A stretch of DNA of 64,000 nt from Isosphaeraceae bacterium (GTDB taxonomy: Bacteria; Planctomycetota; Planctomycetia; Isosphaerales; Isosphaeraceae): positions 186,001 through 250,000 of the forward strand of contig CBDAVP010000007.1 of assembly GCA_965201075.1 (NCBI GenBank), given 5' to 3'. The notes under the pieces were generated by a model. That model saw only the letters and a list, made by a program, of their open reading frames with translations, had not been told where the DNA came from and ran no database searches. Within the stretch, counting starts at the first letter, position 1, and each line of letters begins with the position of its first letter. Both the position numbers and the translations under genes were made by a program. This document shows, piece after piece, positions 59,270 through 64,000 of the stretch.

Positions 59270-59561
59270 GGCGGACGGCTCCTCTTCCCAGGAACCCATT
59301 GACGGCATCGTCCCTTGGATCGCCGAGCGAACCGGGCCGCCCACGACAGCCGACGGCGGCGTCGGCCCCGAGCCCTCGTCGATGTCTCGCCAAGGCAGGC
59401 TCATCACGACATGCTTGGACAGTATCTCTCCCCGGATCGGCGACTGTCAAGCCAACGGTCGCCAGCCTGACCCGCAACCTTGCGGACCCCCCACGAGCCG
59501 TCTAACATCCTCAGGCACCCTGATTAGCTGCCGCCCCGCGTCCACTCCCCATGGATTCTCC

Positions 59562-62500
59562 ATGAGACCCCGCCCGACCTTGACGGCCTTAGCCCTAACG
59601 CTGGCCAACGCTTGGGCGGGATACCCCTTCGCCCACGCCGGCGATGGGCCGGCCACGCCCCGACTGAAAGTCCCCCCAGGGTTCGAGGCCCGCCTCCTTG
59701 TCGCGGTTCCTCAAATCGAGTTCCCCCTCCAGATCGCCACCGCCCCCGATGGCACCCTGTTCATCGCCGAAGACCCGATGGACCAGGTTGGACCCTTCGA
59801 CGCCAACGATGGGGTCATCTTGTCCCTCCGCGACGGACAGGTCACCGGAGTTTTCGCCAAGGGACTGCGTGCCGTTCAGGGCATGGCCTGGCACAACGGC
59901 GCCCTTTACGTCTGCCACATGCCGTTTCTCTCGGTCCTGAAGGACGCCGATGGCGACGGCCAGGCCGAGTCCCGCACCGATCTGTTCCAGGACCTCGGCC
60001 CGACCGACAATCGCGGCCTTAATGACCACATCGTCTCGGGCATCCAGTTCGGCATCGACGGGCGTCTCTACATCTCCGTGGGCGACAAGGGCGTCCCCAA
60101 AGCCCAAGGTCCCGACGGCCGAAAATTGACCCTCAAGGGCGGCGGAACCCTGCGCTGCAAGGCCGACGGTACCGACCTGGAAATTTTCAGCAGCGGCACC
60201 CGCAACCACCTGGAAGCCAACCTCAACGCCCGGGACGACGTCTTCACCTACGACAACACCGACGACGGTGACGGCTGGTGGACCCGCGTCACTCACCACG
60301 TCGACGGCGGCTATTACGGCTACCCCTTCGACTACCACGACCACCACGACCGCTTCCTCGCCCCGATGGCCGAGTACGGCGGCGGATCCCCCTGCGGAGC
60401 GGCCTTCTACGAGGAAGACGCCTGGCCCGAATCCTGGAGAGGCATCGGCTTCTGGGCCGAGTGGGGCAAGGGCAAGGTCCATGCCTTCCGCTTCGCCCCG
60501 AACGGTTCCTCCTACAAGATCGCCGAGACCATCGATTTCGCCCGCCCCGACGGCGACCTCGACTTCCGTCCCATCGACCTGGCCTTCTCCCACGACGGCA
60601 AAACCCTCTACGTCGCCGACTGGGGCGTGGGCGGCTGGTCCAAGAACGAAAAGCTCGGGCGAGTGTTCGCCATCACCTACAACGGGCCTCCCATCCCGAC
60701 TCGTCCCCGAGGCCACGACGCCGACTCCCTCGCCGATCAGGTCAAGCAGCTCGATCACCCCGCCCTGGCCGAGCGGATGAGAGCCCAGCAAGCCCTGATC
60801 CGCCGAGGCGCCGAGGCGTTGCCCGCGACCCTTGCCGCCCTGGCCGACCCGTCCACGCCCCCGCTGGCCCTGCGTCATCTGGTCTGGGTGGTCGACGGCA
60901 TCGCCGGAGGCACTCCCGAGGGGGATATCTCCCTGATCGCCGCCCTCAAACTCCCGTCGGCCGAGGCCCGAGCCCAAACCGCTCGCGCCCTGGGAGAGCG
61001 ATCCTGCAAGGCCGCCCTGGACGCCCTGATTGCCGACCTGGACGACCCCGACCCCACCGCTCGCCTCCAGGTCGTCAACGCCCTGGGACGACTGGGAGAC
61101 CCCGCCGCCGCCCAGGCCCTGCTGCCGATCCTGGCCAACCCCGACCGCTTCGTCGCCTTCACCGCCCGGCAGGCCCTGCGACGCCTCGGCGACTGGAACG
61201 CCGTGGGGCGGGGACTCGACTCCGCCGACCCCAAGATCCGCGCCGGGGCCCTTGCCACCCTGGAAGGGATCGAGGCCGGCCCCGCCGTCGAGCAACTGGC
61301 CCGCGTCGCCGCCGATCCATCCCGTCCGTCCGAGGAACGTGCCCTCGCCCTCGACTCCGTGGCCCTGGTCCGCCGCAAGGCCGTTCCCTGGGACGGCAAG
61401 TGGTGGGGGACTCGTCCCTCGCAGTCTCCCCCACCGGCCAGGGTCGCGGACTGGGCCGGAACCCCAACCGCCTCGAAGGCCATCCACGCGGCCCTGGCCG
61501 ATTCCGCCGCGCCCCTACGACGCGCCGCCGTGGCCGCGACCCGTTCGACGGCGCTGACCGACGCCCTGCCCACGGTCCGCGACCTCCTGGCCCGCGACAC
61601 CGACGCCGAAGTCCGCCGCCTCGCCGCCGAGACCCTGGGAGCCTTGAACGACCGCGACGCCCTGCCAGTCCTCGTAAAGGCCATCGGCGACGACGCCACC
61701 CCCGGACCCGCCCGGGAAGCCGCGTCCTCGGCCATCGAGGCAATTCGCGACCCCGCCGCCGTCTCCGGCCTGCTGGCGATTCTCGCCCGCAAAAACCTGC
61801 CGCCGGACCGCCGAGTTCGGCTGACCGGAACGCTCGGCGCCCTCAAGGCCCCCGCCGCCGCCCCCATGCTGGTCGCGGCCCTGGACGACTCCAACCCCGC
61901 CACGCGAGCCGCGTCCGCCGCGGCCCTGGGACGGATCGGCGTCCGAGAGGACGTGGCCCCGGCCCTCCGCGCCCGGATCGCTGACCCCGACCTCGCCGTC
62001 CGCAAGGCCGCCATCGCCGCGTCCGCCTCCCTGGGAGACCGCGACGCCGTCCCGCCGCTGATTGCCGCCGCCGATGCCGAGCCCACCCGCTTCGAAGCCC
62101 TGACGGCCCTGGCCACCCTGCCCGACCTCCGAGCCCTGCCCGCCTACCTCCGAGCCCTGGCCGACAAAAGCCCCGAACTTCGCAAGGCCGCCGCCTCCGC
62201 GATGACCAAACTCCGAGACGACGCCGCCCCTGAACTCGACCGCCTCGCCGCCCGGGGCGAACTCCCCCCAGGCGCAATCCCCGAGCTGCGCCGCGTCTAC
62301 CTTGAACCCGGCTCTCTCATCCACTGGAAGCTCGCCGGCCCCGTCCCCTTCGCCGCGATGCCGGACATCCAGGACGGTGGCGCGATCGACTTCGCCCGAC
62401 CACTCCCCGGCCTCGACGGCAAACTGACCTCCTGGAAGGAAGTCAACGCCGGAGAGCACGGCTTCGTCAACCTCAACGAGCACTTCTCGGGCAACGACCG

Positions 62501-63275
62501 CGCCGCTTTCGCCGCCGTTGAGATCCCCACCAACGCCCCCCGCACCGCCTCGTTCGCCGTCGGCTCGGATGACACCCTCAAGGTCTGGCTCAATGGCAAG
62601 CTCGTCCACCACTTCGACGGCAACCGTTCATTCGAGCCAGCCTCGGACCACTTCGAGGCCCCGCTCGTCGCCGGCCCGAACCACCTGGTTCTGGCGTGCG
62701 GCAACGGCTCGGCGTCCTGGGGCTTCTCGGTGGCGGTTTCTTCGGCGAATGACACGTTCGCGTTCCTGAAAGGCCCCTCCCCCGGCGCCTTTGACCCGGC
62801 CGCCTTCCGAGCCTTCGCCCTGGAAGCCAAGGGTGATCCCACTCACGGCCAGGCTCTGTTCGCCGATACCAAGGGCCTCGCCTGCGTGAAATGCCACGCC
62901 GTCGGTGGCCAGGGAGGAGCCGTCGGCCCCGACCTCTCGGCCATCGGTGGAACCTACCCCCGAGCCGAACTCATCACCTCGGTCCTCGAACCCTCCGCCC
63001 GCATCTTCTCCGGCTACGAACCGTTGATCGTCGCCACCAATGACGGCCGCGTCCTGACCGGAATCGTCAAGTCCGACACCCCCGACGGCCTGGAGATCGA
63101 GGACGCCGACGCCCACCGCATCCGCCTGAACCGCGACGAGATCGACGACCGCAAGACCAGCACGGTGTCCCTGATGCCCGTCGGCCTGGTCGAAGGACTG
63201 ACCAACCAGGACTTCGCCGATCTGATCGCCTACCTCGAATCGCTCAAGACCCCCCCACCCGCCAAATCCCCCTGA
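59562..63275 (+). CDS. PVC-type beta-propeller/HEAT/PA14-like/heme-binding CxxCH protein
   Basis: Signal peptide; LKVPPGFE, DADGDGQA, GTRN, FRPIDL; long HEAT array; SDDTLKVWLNG; CVKCH..GPDLS..SLMPVGL. Confidence 0.88.
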   Translation: MRPRPTLTALALTLANAWAGYPFAHAGDGPATPRLKVPPGFEARLLVAVPQIEFPLQIATAPDGTLFIAEDPMDQVGPFDANDGVILSLRDGQVTGVFAKGLRAVQGMAWHNGALYVCHMPFLSVLKDADGDGQAESRTDLFQDLGPTDNRGLNDHIVSGIQFGIDGRLYISVGDKGVPKAQGPDGRKLTLKGGGTLRCKADGTDLEIFSSGTRNHLEANLNARDDVFTYDNTDDGDGWWTRVTHHVDGGYYGYPFDYHDHHDRFLAPMAEYGGGSPCGAAFYEEDAWPESWRGIGFWAEWGKGKVHAFRFAPNGSSYKIAETIDFARPDGDLDFRPIDLAFSHDGKTLYVADWGVGGWSKNEKLGRVFAITYNGPPIPTRPRGHDADSLADQVKQLDHPALAERMRAQQALIRRGAEALPATLAALADPSTPPLALRHLVWVVDGIAGGTPEGDISLIAALKLPSAEARAQTARALGERSCKAALDALIADLDDPDPTARLQVVNALGRLGDPAAAQALLPILANPDRFVAFTARQALRRLGDWNAVGRGLDSADPKIRAGALATLEGIEAGPAVEQLARVAADPSRPSEERALALDSVALVRRKAVPWDGKWWGTRPSQSPPPARVADWAGTPTASKAIHAALADSAAPLRRAAVAATRSTALTDALPTVRDLLARDTDAEVRRLAAETLGALNDRDALPVLVKAIGDDATPGPAREAASSAIEAIRDPAAVSGLLAILARKNLPPDRRVRLTGTLGALKAPAAAPMLVAALDDSNPATRAASAAALGRIGVREDVAPALRARIADPDLAVRKAAIAASASLGDRDAVPPLIAAADAEPTRFEALTALATLPDLRALPAYLRALADKSPELRKAAASAMTKLRDDAAPELDRLAARGELPPGAIPELRRVYLEPGSLIHWKLAGPVPFAAMPDIQDGGAIDFARPLPGLDGKLTSWKEVNAGEHGFVNLNEHFSGNDRAAFAAVEIPTNAPRTASFAVGSDDTLKVWLNGKLVHHFDGNRSFEPASDHFEAPLVAGPNHLVLACGNGSASWGFSVAVSSANDTFAFLKGPSPGAFDPAAFRAFALEAKGDPTHGQALFADTKGLACVKCHAVGGQGGAVGPDLSAIGGTYPRAELITSVLEPSARIFSGYEPLIVATNDGRVLTGIVKSDTPDGLEIEDADAHRIRLNRDEIDDRKTSTVSLMPVGLVEGLTNQDFADLIAYLESLKTPPPAKSP

Positions 63276-63560
63276 GACTAACTCGGAGATCCAAGGCAAA
63301 ACCCTCGAATCTCCGAGGAAATTCCTCATCCCCCCGATCCCCCGGGGGGATGCCCTCCCCGGCCGGAACTCCCGCCACGCTCAATGACGAGGTGAGGCGA
63401 TGGCGTGGCTTCACCCTCCGTGGAACCGTGTCCGCTCAAGACTCGATTCCCCCGCCTCCCCGGCCTTGCGGATCGAGCCGACGGAGTGCACAATCGGCCA
63501 CATCCGACGGTCCCGACTCCGCGACCGCTAGCCCACCGACCGCCCCTCGACGGATCGCCG

Positions 63561-64000
63561 ATGGCCATTGACGAATCGACGACGCGCCCCCGACGAGAGC
63601 GCAGCGCCCGTTATCCCGGCGTCCCCCTGGCCGAAAGCGTCGAGCTTTGCAAATTTGTCGAGGCTCACGGTCTTGACGGGCTGACCGCCGACGACATTGC
63701 CAAGGCTCTCGGCTACAAGAACATCAAGACCAACACCTTCTCGGCCCGCCTCAGCGCCGCCCGCCAGTTCGGCTTGCTCGCCCTGAAGGACGAGGGCTAC
63801 GGCCTGACTCCCCTGGCCCGCTCGATCCTCCACCCCATCGAGCCGGCCGACCTGCCCCGTCTCCACCGCCAGGCGCTGCTGGAACCCCCTCTGTACGCCG
63901 AACTCTCGACCCGCCTGGCCGAGAAGCGTGTCCCCGAACCCGCCATCCTGGCAAACGTCCTCTACCACAGCCACAACATCATCGCCTCGGCCAAGCAGCA
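63561..64000 (+). CDS. Hypothetical winged-helix-like protein, truncated by window end
   Basis: Open frame not in the ORF track: MAIDESTTRPRRERSARYPGVPLAES..IAKALGYKN....FSARLSAARQFGLL..YGLTPLARSILHP. Confidence 0.7.
   Translation, partial: MAIDESTTRPRRERSARYPGVPLAESVELCKFVEAHGLDGLTADDIAKALGYKNIKTNTFSARLSAARQFGLLALKDEGYGLTPLARSILHPIEPADLPRLHRQALLEPPLYAELSTRLAEKRVPEPAILANVLYHSHNIIASAKQ

Noticed and set aside
1..64000. CRISPR array, tRNA or rRNA genes
   Set aside because: No regularly spaced repeats with unique spacers and no cloverleaf or rRNA signatures seen by eye.

Overview
High-GC chromosomal window from a planctomycete, most likely Isosphaeraceae-like. This is inferred from the DUF1559, PVC-type CxxCH, DUF4058/Uma2, planctomycete export-motif and PEP-CTERM proteins. 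Housekeeping genes (bamA, apt, degP-like, topA, msrB, der, acpS, trmB, hisE) are interspersed with lineage-typical envelope and secreted proteins. The clearest sequence-level events are: (1) a complete ~1.03 kb IS630 with TA duplication, imperfect TIRs and an A7 frameshift site, inserted into a DUF4058 gene; (2) a DUF1559 gene broken by one extra base; (3) a DUF29 gene remnant; (4) an ankyrin gene with opposite local G/C skew that overlaps the end of trmB. Candidates for unusual biology are a secreted Hint (intein-like) protein with an atypical H-D-N-S junction, an uncharacterised papain-like protein in a small accessory block, a choice-of-anchor-E gene pair behind a structured leader, and a phosphatase/GT-C operon. 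I saw no rRNA, tRNA or CRISPR array. I cannot establish a new multi-gene system from sequence alone. All family assignments are by motif recognition, not database search.
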